NCBI RefSeq assembly: GCF_004010195.1
Contig: NC_057754.1
Span: forward strand, 7,467,428-7,531,427
Length of the DNA: 64,000 bases
From: Chiloscyllium plagiosum
Lineage: Eukaryota
Reading direction: 5' to 3'
Of this stretch, positions 12,775 to 25,999 are shown piece after piece. Position 1 is the first letter of the stretch. Every line of letters starts with the position of its first letter. The position numbers were made by a program, and so were the translations under genes. Under the pieces are notes generated by a model. The model did not search any database. It saw only the letters and a list, made by a program, of their open reading frames with translations, and had not been told where the DNA came from.

Positions 12775-13516
12775 AATGGTAAAGTCCTAGGGAGTGTTGC
12801 TGAACAAAGAGACCTTGGAGCACAGGTTCATAGCTCTTTGAAAGTGGAATCAAGTGTAGATAGGATAGTGAAGAAGGTGTTTGGTATGCTTTCCTTTATT
12901 GGTCAGAGTATTGAGTACAGGAGTTGGAAGGTCATGTTGAGGCTGTACAGGACACTGGTTAGGCCACTTATGGAATATTGCATGGGATTCTGATCTCCTT
13001 CTCATTGGAAGGATGTTGTGAAACTTGAAAGGGTTCAGAAAATAAATACAAAGATGTTGCCACGGTTGGATGATTTGAGCTGTAGGGAGAGGTTGAATAG
13101 GCTTGGACTGTTTTTCCTGGAACATCAGAGGCTAAGAGGTGACCTTATAGAGGTCAACACATTCATAAGGGGCATGGATAGGATACATTGACAAAGTCTC
13201 TTCCCTGGGATGGGGGGAGTCCAGAACTAGAGGGCATAGTTTTAGGGTGAGAGGGGAAAGCTATAAGAGAGACCTAAGGCGCATTTTTTTCACCCAGAGG
13301 GTGGTGTGTGTACGGAATGAGCTGCCAGAGGAAGTGGTGGAGGCTGGTACAATTGCAACATTTAAAAGGCGTTCGGATGGGTATATGAATAGAAAGGGTT
13401 TGGAGGGATATGGGCCATGTGCTGGCAGGTGGGACTAGATTGGGTTGGGATATCTGGTCGGCATGGACGGGTTGGACCAAAGAGTCTGTTTCCGTGCTGT
13501 ACATCTCTATGACTCT
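12775..13516 (+). mobile_element. 5'-truncated CR1 LINE
   Basis: FFTQRVVCVRNELPEEVVEAGTIATFK; closely similar to the copy at 32890-33825. Confidence 0.85.
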
Positions 13517-13899
13517 ACTCAAACCCACCACCTCCTCAGGTGAGACCAACTGAACTAAACGGACAGTTTGCTGTAAAATTGCATTTTGCATGGAAAACAA
13601 ACGGATAGGGTGGGAATTGATAGTAAATGCAGTCCTCTCCCATACTGTGGGCATATGTCCTCACTTTCTCCTATATGTTCAACGGGCGCTCACTAGCAAC
13701 AAATGCACCTTTAAGAAAAATTGCACTTGACCATTTATCAATGAGGCCAAACGAAAAACAAATCCAGTCACCGCCCCCTTTAAGTGACCAACTTTTGCAA
13801 GGCTTTCTGTTTAAAAAAAAAATAGCTTTAGTTTGTGGGGGAAGACAGACAAATTGAAGTTTTATGAGAAATTATGAGGTAAAGTGTTGTTTATTATTC

Positions 13900-14350
13900 C
13901 CTCAATTGCCCTTTATGCCCCCCTCCCCCCTTTACCTGTCCTCCTGGACTTGACTTCGTGGCACCGACGGTGGGAGGAGGAGAGGGGACGTCGACCGTTG
14001 CTGGAGGGGGGGCGGGGGATGGGCTGGGGAGACACTGCGCACGCGCGTCGACCAACCGACCCTGATGGCAGGCGTGACGCAGGTTGACGGGTGTAGCTTC
14101 CGGCCAATGAGAGCCGGGATGTGCGACAGGGGAGGCGGGGTCACGATGACGTCGCGTGCTAGCGGGTTTGGCGGAGAGGGCACGGTGGCTGGCGAAGCGG
14201 CAGACCTGAGGGACACAAACATTGACAGAGATACACACAGACACAGGGGGAAAAGGGTGCTCGCCGCCTCTCCCTAACAACCACCGGACTGTCGCCGGCC
14301 ATGGCTCAGCACGTCAGCTACCGGCAGCGTAAGTGTCAATTAATGTCCGT
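13900..14350 (+). promoter_or_regulatory. CpG-island promoter of YIF1A
   Basis: Dense CpG stretch in a CpG-depleted window, directly upstream of the exon 1 ATG. GC box at about 14009-14017, NRF1-like TGCGCACGCGC at 14036-14046, CCAAT at 14104-14108, CRE/UPRE-like TGACGT at 14147-14152. Confidence 0.8.
14301..14328 (+). CDS. YIF1A: YIF1A coding exon 1 (MAQHVSYRQ)
   Basis: Strong Kozak gccATGG and donor C|GTAAGT; phase 1 joins exon 2 in frame; resembles the short first exon of YIF1A. Confidence 0.8.
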
Positions 14351-14450
14351 CTCCTCAGTCGTTGGGGGGAGAGGCCTGAGGGGGCATTTTGAAGGGGAGG
14401 GTCAGGAGGTATTTTTGAGGAGGGGGGGAAACGGGGGCATTTTAGGGTGC

Positions 14451-15357
14451 NNNNNNNNNNNNNNNNNNNNNNNNNNNNNNNNNNNNNNNNNNNNNNNNNN
14501 NNNNNNNNNNNNNNNNNNNNNNNNNNNNNNNNNNNNNNNNNNNNNNNNNNNNNNNNNNNNNNNNNNNNNNNNNNNNNNNNNNNNNNNNNNNNNNNNNNNN
14601 NNNNNNNNNNNNNNNNNNNNNNNNNNNNNNNNNNNNNNNNNNNNNNNNNNNNNNNNNNNNNNNNNNNNNNNNNNNNNNNNNNNNNNNNNNNNNNNNNNNN
14701 NNNNNNNNNNNNNNNNNNNNNNNNNNNNNNNNNNNNNNNNNNNNNNNNNNNNNNNNNNNNNNNNNNNNNNNNNNNNNNNNNNNNNNNNNNNNNNNNNNNN
14801 NNNNNNNNNNNNNNNNNNNNNNNNNNNNNNNNNNNNNNNNNNNNNNNNNNNNNNNNNNNNNNNNNNNNNNNNNNNNNNNNNNNNNNNNNNNNNNNNNNNN
14901 NNNNNNNNNNNNNNNNNNNNNNNNNNNNNNNNNNNNNNNNNNNNNNNNNNNNNNNNNNNNNNNNNNNNNNNNNNNNNNNNNNNNNNNNNNNNNNNNNNNN
15001 NNNNNNNNNNNNNNNNNNNNNNNNNNNNNNNNNNNNNNNNNNNNNNNNNNNNNNNNNNNNNNNNNNNNNNNNNNNNNNNNNNNNNNNNNNNNNNNNNNNN
15101 NNNNNNNNNNNNNNNNNNNNNNNNNNNNNNNNNNNNNNNNNNNNNNNNNNNNNNNNNNNNNNNNNNNNNNNNNNNNNNNNNNNNNNNNNNNNNNNNNNNN
15201 NNNNNNNNNNNNNNNNNNNNNNNNNNNNNNNNNNNNNNNNNNNNNNNNNNNNNNNNNNNNNNNNNNNNNNNNNNNNNNNNNNNNNNNNNNNNNNNNNNNN
15301 NNNNNNNNNNNNNNNNNNNNNNNNNNNNNNNNNNNNNNNNNNNNNNNNNNNNNNNNN
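14451..15357. other. Assembly gap (907 N) flanked by G-rich repeats in YIF1A intron 1
   Basis: Run of N; flanks contain G-rich short repeats such as gagggtgaatgtgagggag. Confidence 0.99.
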
Positions 15358-15739
15358 GGGTGGGTGTGGGCGTGCCCCTGGAGGGTGAATGTGAGGGAGG
15401 TAGGGTTAGGGGTGGGTCTGGGGGTGTCCCTAGAGGGTGAATGTGAGGGAGGGGTAGGGGAGGGTCCAAATCGTTCACTTTGCATTGATGGAGGATTTTA
15501 AGCCCTTGTTTGTGCTTCGTGTTTTTGAAAGAGCTATCTACTTAGACTGATTTCACCTGTGCTTTCCCAGGCCTTGTAATTTTTTTCCTTTTTTAACTGT
15601 TATTTGTAAAGTGACTACTGAATCTCTATATAAATCCCAGAGATTAGTATGCAGCACAGCAGTATTCATGGAAAATAAGTAGATGGCAGATGACTTGAAC
15701 TGACATTTTGCATTGATCATCTGAGAGAGCTAAAAGGAA

Positions 15740-17250
15740 GCATGAAAAAGTTTTAGTGCAGTAGGATTAAGGAAAACCCTAAGGCATTATGCACTTGTGT
15801 GAGGAGCAGGAGGATGGCCAGAGTGAGGGTAGGGCCAATTTGGGATTGTGATGGGAACTTGTGCCTGGAGTCAGAGGAGGTAGGGGAGGTCCTTAGTGAA
15901 TACTGAAGCAAAGTATTTATTAAGAGGGACCTTGAGGTTTATGAGGACAATTTGGAACAGACTGATCTGCTCAAACAGGTTGATGTTAAGAAGGAGCATG
16001 TGCTGAAAATTTTGAAAAACATAAGTATAGATAAGTACCCTGGACCAGATGGGATATACCCAAGATTACTACAGGGAGTGAGGGAAGAGATTGCTGTGCC
16101 TTTGGCGATGATCTTTGCATCCTCAGTGTCCACTGGAGTAGTGCCAGATGATTGGAGGGTGGTAAGTGTTATCCCCTTGTTCAAGAAAGGGAATAGGATA
16201 ATCAAAACTACGGACCAATCAAGCTTGCGTCTGTGGTGGGCAAATTTATTTGAGGATTCTGACAGGATTTATGATTACTTGGAAAGTCATAGCTTAATTA
16301 GACATAGTCAGCATGGCTTTGAGAGAGACCGGTCATACCTCACAAGTCTTATTGAATTCTTTGAGGATGTGACAAAACACATTGAAGGTGGAGCAGTGGA
16401 TGTGGTGTACATGGACTTTAGTGAGGTGCTTGATAAGGTTCCCCAAGATAGGCTCATTCAGAAGGTGAGGAGGTGTGGGATACAGGGTTGTCTGGTCGTC
16501 TGGACATAGAATTGGCTAGCCCATAGAAGACAGAGGACGTAGTTAATGAAAAATATTCAGCCTGGAGCTTGGTCACTAGTGTTTTGCAGGGATCAGTTCT
16601 GGGGTCTCAGCTCTTTGTGATTTTTATAAATGACTTGGATGAGGAAGTGGAAGAGTGGGTTTGTCAGTTTACTGATGACATGAAGATTGGTGGAGTGGTG
16701 AATAGTGTGGAGGGCTGCTGTAGTTTGCAGTGGACATTGACAGGGTGCATAGTTGGGCTGAGAAGTGACAGATGGAGTTCAACCTGGAAAAATGTGAAGT
16801 GATTCATTTTGGAGGGTCAAATTTGAATGCAATCTGCAGGGTTAAAGGCAGGATTCTTGGCAGTGTGAAGGAATAGAGGGATCTTGGGCTCCACATCCAT
16901 AGATCCCTCAGAGTTGCCACCCAAGTTGATAGAGTTGTAAAGAAGGTTATAGTGTCTTGGCTTTCATTAGCAGGGGGATTGAGTTTAACAACAGCAAGGT
17001 TATGCTGCAGCTGTATAGAGCCCTGGTTAGACCACACTTGGAATATTGTATTCAGTTCTGGTCGCCTCACTATAGGAAAGATGTGAAAGCTTTAGGGAGG
17101 GTGCAGAGGAGATTTACCCAGATGCTGGAGGTATGTCTTATGAAGAAAGGTTGAGGGGGCTAGGGCTTTTCTGATTGGAGTGAAGAAGGTTGAGAAGTGA
17201 CTTGATAGAGGTGTACAAGATGATAAACATAAAGTGGATAGCCAAAGACA
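15740..17250 (+). mobile_element. CR1 LINE ORF2 relic
   Basis: PGPDGIYPRLL, VPDDWRVVSVIPLFKKG, VDVVYMDFS, QGSVLG and LVRPHLEYCIQFWSPHY motifs. Confidence 0.9.
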
Positions 17251-18040
17251 ATAATAGATAAGGTGCAGGAGTAGGCCATTCTGCCCTTCGAGCCTGCACC
17301 ACCATTCAATATGATCATGGCTGATCATACTTAATCAGTACCATGTTCCTGCCTTATCTCCATAACCCTTGATTCCACTATCCTTGAGAGCTCTATCCAA
17401 CTCTTTCTTAAATGAATCCAGAGACTGGGCCTCCATTGCCCTCTGGGGCAGAGCATTCCACACAGCCACCATTCTCTGGGTGAAGAAGTTTCTCCTCATC
17501 TCTGCCCTAAATGGTCTACCCGTAATTTTAAGCTGTGTCCTCTGGTTCGGCACTCACCCATCAGCGGAAACATGTTTCCTGCCTCCAAAGTGTCTAATCC
17601 TTTAATAATCTTATGTCTCAATCAGATCCCCCCTCAGTCTTCTAAACTCAAGGGTATACTAGCCCAGTCGCTCCAGTCTTTCAGCATAAGGTAGTCCCGC
17701 CATTCCAGGAATTGACATCGTGAATCTACGCTGCACTCCCTCAATAGCCAGAATGTCTTTCCTCAAATTTGGAGACCAGAACTGCACACAGTACTCCAGG
17801 TGTGGTCTCACCAGGGCCCTGTACAGCTGCAGAAGAACCTCTTTGCTTCTATATTCAATCCCTCTTGTTATGAAGGCCAGCATGCTATTAGCCGCCTTCA
17901 CTACCACCAAAGTGGATAACCATACATTTATCCACATTAAACTGCATCTGCCATGCATCTGACCACTCACCTAACCTGTCCAGGTCACCCTGTAATCTCC
18001 TAACATCCTCATCACATTTCACCCTGCCACCCAGCTTAAG
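17250..18040 (-). mobile_element. CR1 LINE relic in opposite orientation, nested
   Basis: [19 protein letters not shown] and FFTQRMVAVWNALP on the minus strand. Confidence 0.85.
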
Positions 18041-18049
18041 GTACCAAAT

Positions 18050-20430
18050 CAAAGGTTATTATGGAAAATAAAAGCTTTTGGTATTGAGGGTAACATATTG
18101 AAATGGATAGAAGGTTAGCTGACTAACAGGAAGCAGAGAGTGGGAATAAGTGGGATTTTTTTGGGCTGGCAGAATTTCACAAGCGATGGGTCACAGGGGT
18201 CAGTGCTGGGCCCTCAACTCTTTTCGAGTTATAGAAATGATGTAGATGTAGGAACTAATGGTGGCTGCCAAATTTGCTGATGACTGAAAGAAATGCTTGT
18301 AAGCAAGTTGTGAAAAGCACATAAGGAGCTTGTAAAAGGAATTTAGATGGGTTAATGAGTTGACAAAGATTTAGCAAATAAACTATAATATGGGAAATTG
18401 TGAGTTATCCATTCTGGCAGAAAGAATAAACAATGTGTAAAATCTAAATGGTGAGAGATTGCAGAGCTTTGAGATGCAAATAGATCTTGGACTTATCAAC
18501 CTTCAGACCTAACCGTCTCTCCAACACCAATTCCTGGTAAATATAAATTCCCTTAAGTTCAGGTCCTTCAGCCACTGTTACCTCAGGGAGATTACTTGTG
18601 TCTTCCCCAGTGAACACAGATCTGAAGTACCAATTCAATTCTTCTGCCATTTCTTTGTTCCCTGTAATATATTCCTCTGTTTTAGTCTTAACCATTTTTT
18701 TGTCTTTCACATACCTAAAAAAGCTTTTACTATCTTCCTTTATATTTTTGGCCAGTTTACCTTTGTACCTCATTTTTTCTGTGTATTTCCTTCTTGGTAA
18801 TCTTCTGTTGTTCTTTAAAAGCTCCCCAGTCCTCCATTTTTCCACTTATCTTTGCTATGTTATACTTTTTCTCTTTTAACTTTATATATTTCTTAACCTC
18901 CCTTGTCAGCCACGGCCACCCTTTTGGAAGTGACTTTTTCCCAGGGTGCAAATGGCTATCATGAGAGTGTGTCATTTTAAGGTGATTGGAGGAAGGTTTG
19001 GAGAGTTGTCAGAGGTAGGTTCTTTACTCAGAGGTGGGTGTATGGAATGGCACTGCCAGCAGTGGTAGTAGTCAGGCACATTAGGGACTCTTGGATAGTC
19101 ACATGGAGGATAGTATAATGAAAGGTATGTAGGTTAGTTTGATCTTGGAGTAGGATTAAAAAGGCAGCACAACGTTGAGGGCCAAAGGGTCTGTGCTGTA
19201 CTGTTCTATGTCTATGTTCACTACGGAAGATACAGTGGTACAGGTTTGAAGGGTTAAGTGGCCTACTTCGCTAATTCATATGATTTGTATCTACATTCTT
19301 AAGTGATCAGCAAGGTAAGTGGGATGTTGTAATTTATTTTATGGGCAATGGAATATTAAAATAGGGATTTTTACTGTAATTGCATAGTGCTTTGGTGAGG
19401 CTATATTTGGAGTACTCTCCATAGTTTTGGACTCCTTGTTTAAGGATGTAAATGTGCTTGGAGCCATTTGATAAAGGCTCATTTGACTGATACTTGAGTT
19501 GGTAGGACAGTGTTACCTTGAGGAAAGGTTGGAACTGTATCCATTGCAGTTTGGAAGAATGAAGAGTGTTTTGAAACAGATAACAACTTGAAGGGAATCG
19601 ACAGGGTGCATTCTGAAAAGCTGTCTCTACGTCTGGGAAAGACTAGAACTAGGGAACACTGTTTAAAAATGAAGTGTCATGCAGGTGAGAGGGAGATGAG
19701 ATTTTTTTGTTTTTGGAACTCTCATCCCTGGAGAGCATTGGAGGAAGGGAAATTGAATGCAGTTTAGGAGAATAAGGAGTCTTTTTACAGCTATACAGGG
19801 CCTTGGCGAGACCACACCGAAGGTATTGTGTGCAGCTTTGGTCTCCTTACCTAAGCAAAGATATGCTTGCCATAGAGCAAGTACAGTGAAGGTTAGTCAG
19901 ACTGATCCCATGGATGGGAGATTTGTCGTATGAAGAGAAATTTGAGTCACTGGAGTTTAGAAGATTGAGGAGGCTTGTCAGACTGGATATAGGGACTATG
20001 TTCCCTCTGGCTGTGGCCTCCAGAACAAGGAGTCATGTCCTCAGGATAAAAAGTAGGTCATTTCGAACTGAGATGAGAAGAAGTTTCTTCACGCAGACGC
20101 TAATGAACTTGTGGAATTCCCTCCTGCAAAGCGGCTGAGGGTGAGTAATTTAATATATTTTAAAAAAGTAGGTTTCTAGACATTGAGTCAAAGGATATGA
20201 GGAGATCATGAGTGTGTGGTGTTGATGTCGAGGATAAGCCATGATCATGTTGAATGGCAGAGTGGGCTCGACGAGCCATGTAACCTATTGTTGCTCAAAG
20301 TTTTTATGTTTGTGCACTTTTAAGACATGAATAGGTAGGAAAATAGAGTTGAGGTTACGCCCAGATCAGCCGTGATCTAAGTGCAGAAAAGATATGAAGG
20401 AGCCAAATGGCCTACTTCTCTTGATTTGTA
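18050..20430. mobile_element. Cluster of fragmented CR1 relics (mostly +; minus fragment at about 18485-18925)
   Basis: KLAKNIKEDSKSFFRYVK (minus), FRTEMRRSFFTQ (plus) and several CR1 3' UTR ends. Confidence 0.75.
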
Positions 20431-21240
20431 TGTTTGAATGCTTCCACCTGTTTACTGAGCTGTGGATTCCAAATCACAGCATTGCTGGCGTGTGCAGTGA
20501 TTAAATCTTTGTACAGTTTGCATATGACATGAGTTTAAGTTGCCCAGACAGCACCCTGGAGGGAGAGCAATCTGAGAGCACAAAAGGTTATTTCTGGCTA
20601 TGAAATGATCAGTGTGGCTGTTCTTTCCGGAGGGGAATAGAAGGTGGCCTTTGAGATTAGCTCATTTTAACGCTGTTTTATTTAAGGGGAATCAGTGTCC
20701 AAGTAAATTATCTTAATGGATATTGAGTGTTATAATATTTTTCTATATCTTATAACCTGCTTGGGTTACATTATCAAAGACCAGGAGCCAATAAGTTTTT
20801 GATAGAATTCCCTCCTCTGTGTGCTCTGTTCCAATAAAATTATGAATAGACTGTGCACTGTGCTTGCTGGAATCAGTAGAATATCACCGACTGTAACCAG
20901 CAAGGCTACAGTATATGATTAAAGAGTCAAAATCAAATGAATTATTGTTTTGAATGGACCAATGCAAAGAACAGCTTTGGGAGAAACTAAATCCTGGATT
21001 CCAGATTAATCCTGATTTTTCCAGTGTGATTTGTTCACTTCCGGTCTGGCACTCTGTGAGAAGCTGGGTGTAGGTATAAAGAATGAAGATTTACATAGAA
21101 CATGTGCACGTGGAAGCAGAGTTGTGACCTTCCATAATGCTTGTATCTCAGTTCAGTTGGTTCTTTTGCTCTGCTGTGTTTGTAGTTCTTTTGTGAGCCT
21201 GTAGCTCCTGACCAGAATGACCTTTGCACTTGCTCCCCAG

Positions 21241-21464
21241 CTCCAAAACAGAGAGGGCGGCCTCCCGTTTCCAACATGATGGACCCCAACCAACTTTTTG
21301 ATGACACCAGTGCCTCGCAGCACCCCCAACCCACCAGCTACACCGTCCAAGGAATTGACATGGGGCTTCCAATCAACAACTTCCTCAGTGAGCCAGTAGC
21401 GGATTTTGCCATGACCTATGGCACAACAATTGCCAGCCAAGGAAAAGACATGGTCCATAAAGAG
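21241..21464 (+). CDS. YIF1A: YIF1A coding exon 2
   Basis: Acceptor tgctccccag, donor GAG|gtaggt; encodes DPNQLFDDTS...PVADFAMTYGTTIASQGKDMVHKE, matching the YIF1A N-terminal motifs. Confidence 0.95.
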
Positions 21465-21745
21465 GTAGGTAGGTAGCTGCCCATGTGCTAAACCATTGTT
21501 AATACAACACAAGTCTGATTATAAATTCCACTGCACTCTCTGCAGTTCCAACTATGTAATGCATCCGCATTTAAAATAAATATCAGCTGTAACTGTGATG
21601 CAAATCAGTTCCTTTGTCAGTGGCTGTCCTGTTTAAAGTACTCCGTGTGTTGGACAAACGCAGCTTGCAAATAAGTAGTTTGCAACTTGCTTAAGAGGCA
21701 TTGAATGCAAGAGCTAATCCAAGAAACTAATACCTTGTTAATGTT

Positions 21746-21918
21746 GTTATGATTTGGAGATGCTAGTGTTGGACTGGGGTGTGCAAAGTTAAAAATCACA
21801 CACCCAAGTTATAGTCCAACAGGTTTAATTGGAAGCACACTAGCTTTCGGAGCACCGAAAGCTAATATTTTTCCAATTAAACCTATTGGACTATAACCTG
21901 GTGTTGTGATTTTTTACT
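21746..21918. mobile_element. Fold-back (inverted) short Penelope-derived insertion with 11-bp TSD
   Basis: TTGTTAATGTT at 21735-21745 and 21919-21929; inverted arms centred on tagctttcgg-agca-ccgaaagcta. Confidence 0.75.
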
Positions 21919-24086
21919 TTGTTAATGTTATATTGTGCTTACAGCACAGAAAAGGGTCACTCATATGATCCTCCTCACCCCTGTGCATCTCAACGAATCC
22001 TCAAGTAACAGTGAGCTTCTCCCTTAAGTACATCTGTACCATTCCCTCATCCACTCCCTGTGGTATTGAGTTCTACATTATCCCAACTCTGAGTAAAAAG
22101 GTTTGTCCTGAAATCCCGACTGGATTCATTTATGGCATCTGGTTTAGCTCTCCCCAGTGACTGGAAACACCTCTGCAGCTGCACTTTTGATCAATTGTAC
22201 TTGAACTTTTAAAATTCCTTTCTCGAATCTGAAGTTGACAGGGACGATTTAGGTGGCTGCTTGTTTTTAAAAAAAAAACTTAGCCAAATGGAATCTTTGA
22301 CTTAGTGCCCAGAGGCACAAGAGTTCCAAACAGGGAAGCTTTGTGTCAATGGTTAGACCCAAGACTAAGGTACTGTCCATTTCTTGAGGCCATGAAGAAG
22401 TGCCGTTTTGTAAAAATCTCTTAAGTGGGTGTTTCTGGCTTTGCCAACTTATATTCACTTCCTAATTACCCTGCTCAAGGTGGTGAGCTGCCACATTGAA
22501 CAATGCTGTTAGGGACAAAGTTCCAGCGTTTTTGGCCCAGTGACTGTGAAGGAATGGTCAATATATTTCCAAGCCAGGATGATATGTGGCGCAGCGGGGA
22601 ATCTGGAGGTGATTGTGTTTCCATGCATCTGATGCATTTTCAGGAAAATGGTGGTATTGTTGTATTGACATTGTACTTATAATCCGTGAGCTAATGTTCT
22701 GGAGGCGTTGGTTCAAATCTCATCGCGGCTATTTGCAAAATTTGAACTCAGTAAAAATCTGGAATAAAATCTAGCCTAATAACAACTATGGAACCATTGT
22801 CAATTGACATAAAAGCCCATCTGACTCACTCGGGAAGGAAATTTGGCTGACATGTGACTCCAGACCCCAACATTGTTGGCTAAGTTCGCATTCATTGTTT
22901 ATCAATGACCATATCCAAAAGATAAAGACAAAAATCTGTTCCCATTCTCCTTTGTGATACTAACAGTGTGTTTGTAAGTGCTGTTAAAGGAGCCTGTGTG
23001 AGTTGGTACAATACATCTGACAGGTTGTGTACTTTTGCCATTATGCAGTTTGGTGCTGGAGACAGTGGATGTTGAAGATGGTGGGTAGGATGCTAATTAA
23101 GTGGATAAGTTCATCTTGAATGACGTTGAGCTTCTTGAATGTTGGAAGGTTGGGAGATATTTATCACATTGCTGACTTGTGCCTTGTCGATGGTGTACAG
23201 ACTTTGAGGAGTCAGGAAGTGAATAATTGTCATGGAATTCCCAGCCTTTGACCTGCTTTCATAGCCCATTGTATTTATATGGCTGGTCCAGTTCAGGGGT
23301 TTCTTGACAACAGTGGGCCCTCTGTATCCTTTGCAGAAGACCGAAAGGATGTGAAAGTTCAGCTATGTGGAGAGGCTGAAGCTGGGATTGTGCTCAGGAG
23401 ATTAGAGACTGTTTATGAAGACCTTTTTTTTATGAGAGCGTTTGATGGAGTAAACAAGGAGATGCTATTTCCAGTGGCAAGTGGATGGACAACTGGAGGG
23501 ACACAGATCCAAGTTAATCAGCAAAGCAACTGAAAGTGAAATTGTAATCTGAAACATGATGCCTAGAAGGGTAGTGGAAATCAACATTAACTTTCAACTG
23601 GGAATTGGATAACTACTTGCCAGACTTATGGGCAAAGCTGGGGTATGGGTCTAAATGGATACGAACATAGGTACAATGAACTGACTGGCTGCCTTCTGTG
23701 TTTATATCATTCTGAGCGTGTTGATAGTATCTGTGCAGCCGTGACAGGTGTTCAAAACAAAAACTGAAAGAAATGCAGATGCTGTAAATCAGAAACAAAA
23801 ACAGATGTTGCTGGAAATGCTCACTCCTCGCAATATCTATATTGACAAGTGTTCATTTTGTTTCATAGCAATAGTACAGTGAAATGGCTTGCCTGGACAC
23901 TTCAAAGGGTGTCAACTTTCAACTACTTGATGTGGGACTGAAGTCACCATTTGAACTGTGTGTCAGATAACATCAGCATCACTGGTCTTGTAAAAGCTGC
24001 TCATCCGTTATGACCAGTGCCAGAAGATCTGATAACCTTGCATGCTCAGACCAGACTGACTATACACGTTTCTTTCTTTATGACAG

Positions 24087-24191
24087 CTGAACAGGTTTGT
24101 GTCCGTCAACAAGCTGAAATATTTCTTCACGGTCGACACCAGATACGTCACCAAGAAGTTGGCCTTGCTGCTGTTCCCTTACACCCACCAG
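24087..24191 (+). CDS. YIF1A: YIF1A coding exon 3
   Basis: ag|CTG...CAG|gt; [35 protein letters not shown] is the conserved Yif1 motif. Confidence 0.97.
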
Positions 24192-24599
24192 GTACAGAAC
24201 TGCATGGGGGTTGTGCAAAGTATTATTATGGACAGGGTAGATAGGCAGACTGAACTCTTTGTTCTCTTTACCTCTTTCACAATTTACTTGTGAAAAGGCT
24301 GTAGTATATGTCCCAAACTTCTGTTTACAAAGTCACTTTTTAAAAATGAATCTCAACTCCCTCTCGGGTTTAAATGAAAAGTATTATTTATTGCTATTCA
24401 AAGCTGAGCTAGTCTTTGTGCCTTCACATGTAATAACAAGAAATGGGTGTCAGAGACAAGAGGGAGAGGCAGAATTAATTATTTTATTGTCCTCCTGTCT
24501 GTAAAAGGTGATTTTTTTTAAAAAATAAAAATCTTATTCCATATCCTTTCTGAAACAGACCATGCTGTGTTTCCCCTGTGTACAGTTTGAATCTCCTTA

Positions 24600-25100
24600 C
24601 TTGAGAATGGATGTACTGGCAGAGGAGGTTCACTGGATTGATTCTGCAGTTGAGAAGGTTGGCTTATGAGGAGAGGTTGCGTGGACTGAGACTATACTCA
24701 TTGGAATTTAGAAGAATGGGTGCGGGGAGTGGGGGGGGGGTCTTATAGAAACATAAAATTATGAAGTGAATAGATAAGGTAGAAGCAGGGAGGTTGTTTC
24801 CACTGGTGGGTGAAACTAGAACTCTCAAAATAAGGGGTAGCAGATTTAGGACTGAGTTGAGAAGGAACTTCTTCACTCAGTTTTGGATCTGTGGAATTCC
24901 CTGTCTGGTGAAGCAGTTGAGGGTTACCTTGTTGAATGTTTTTCAGGCAAAGATAGATGGATTTTTGAGCAGCAAAGGAATTTGGGGTTGTGGTGAGTGG
25001 GCAGGTAAGTGGAGCTGAGTCCATGGAAAGAATCAACCATGATCTTATTAAATGGTGGAGCAGGCTCAAGAGGACAATTGACCTACTCCTGCTCCTAGTT
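24600..25100 (+). mobile_element. CR1 3' relic
   Basis: FPLVGETRTLKIRGSRFRTELRRNFFTQ. Confidence 0.8.
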
Positions 25101-25999
25101 CTTAAACCCTCTGAAGTTTCATTTCTAAGTGACCTACTGCAAACTGTCTTTCATGCATTTTTTAAAAAAAGGATGGTTTAAACCCTGTTAAGCTTCACCA
25201 CATGCATGCACAGAACAAGGAAGGAAGAGAAGTCACAATTAAAGAGAAATATGATTTGGACATTAATTCCCTTGAGTCCAGTAAGTTGATATGAGTCAAG
25301 GTAATTGCAGTTGGCTGCACTGTCAGAATTCTTTTTCACAGATGTTCATGTGCAATTAAAGATGTATAATATAGACAGATTTTTTTTAATCAGTAAGGGA
25401 ATCAAGGGTTATGGGGAAAAGGCGGGAAAGTAGAATTGGGGATTGTCAGATCAGCCATGACCTCATTGAATGGCAAAGCAAGACTCAAATGGCCTACTTC
25501 TGCTTTTGTATATCTTGTGGTCAATGTGATCTTTGTAGCCTGGGAATAAGTTCACTTCTGAGGCAGCACACCTGATTACTGAGAAGAGAGATGGAGACGA
25601 GGCAGTCTGTAGCTGAGCTGAGAGCTATTACTCTGTTCTGATGTTTAAAAGCAGTCTGAGAAGAGTTCACAGCTGTATAATTGAAACTATTCAAAAGCCA
25701 GAAGTTTCAGGTATGTAACCGGGTTCCTGATGTCACAGCTCATTGAGGTAGCACTCTGGAAATCAAACCCCTGTATTGCAGAAGTCATCACAAAAGTTAA
25801 GAGATTTTAAGGTATGCAAATTTGCCAATTTACGTGTCTTCTTTGACCCAGGATGACAGAATGGTCCAGGTTTCTGCAATACAGATTCTGGCTATGTGTT
25901 TGCCATGTATCTCTGTTAGTTAAAAATCTCATTATGCTCACCTACTCACCCATCATTTGCAAAGCTAGTTCAGGGTTTGCTGAGATGATCCTTTTTGCT

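Noticed and set aside
14104..14122. ERSE element (CCAAT-N9-CCACG)
   Set aside because: There is no CCACG at the required spacing.
14301..15485. Long 313-379 aa ORFs in the ORF track
   Set aside because: They are artefacts of translating the N gap; only 14301-14328 is coding.
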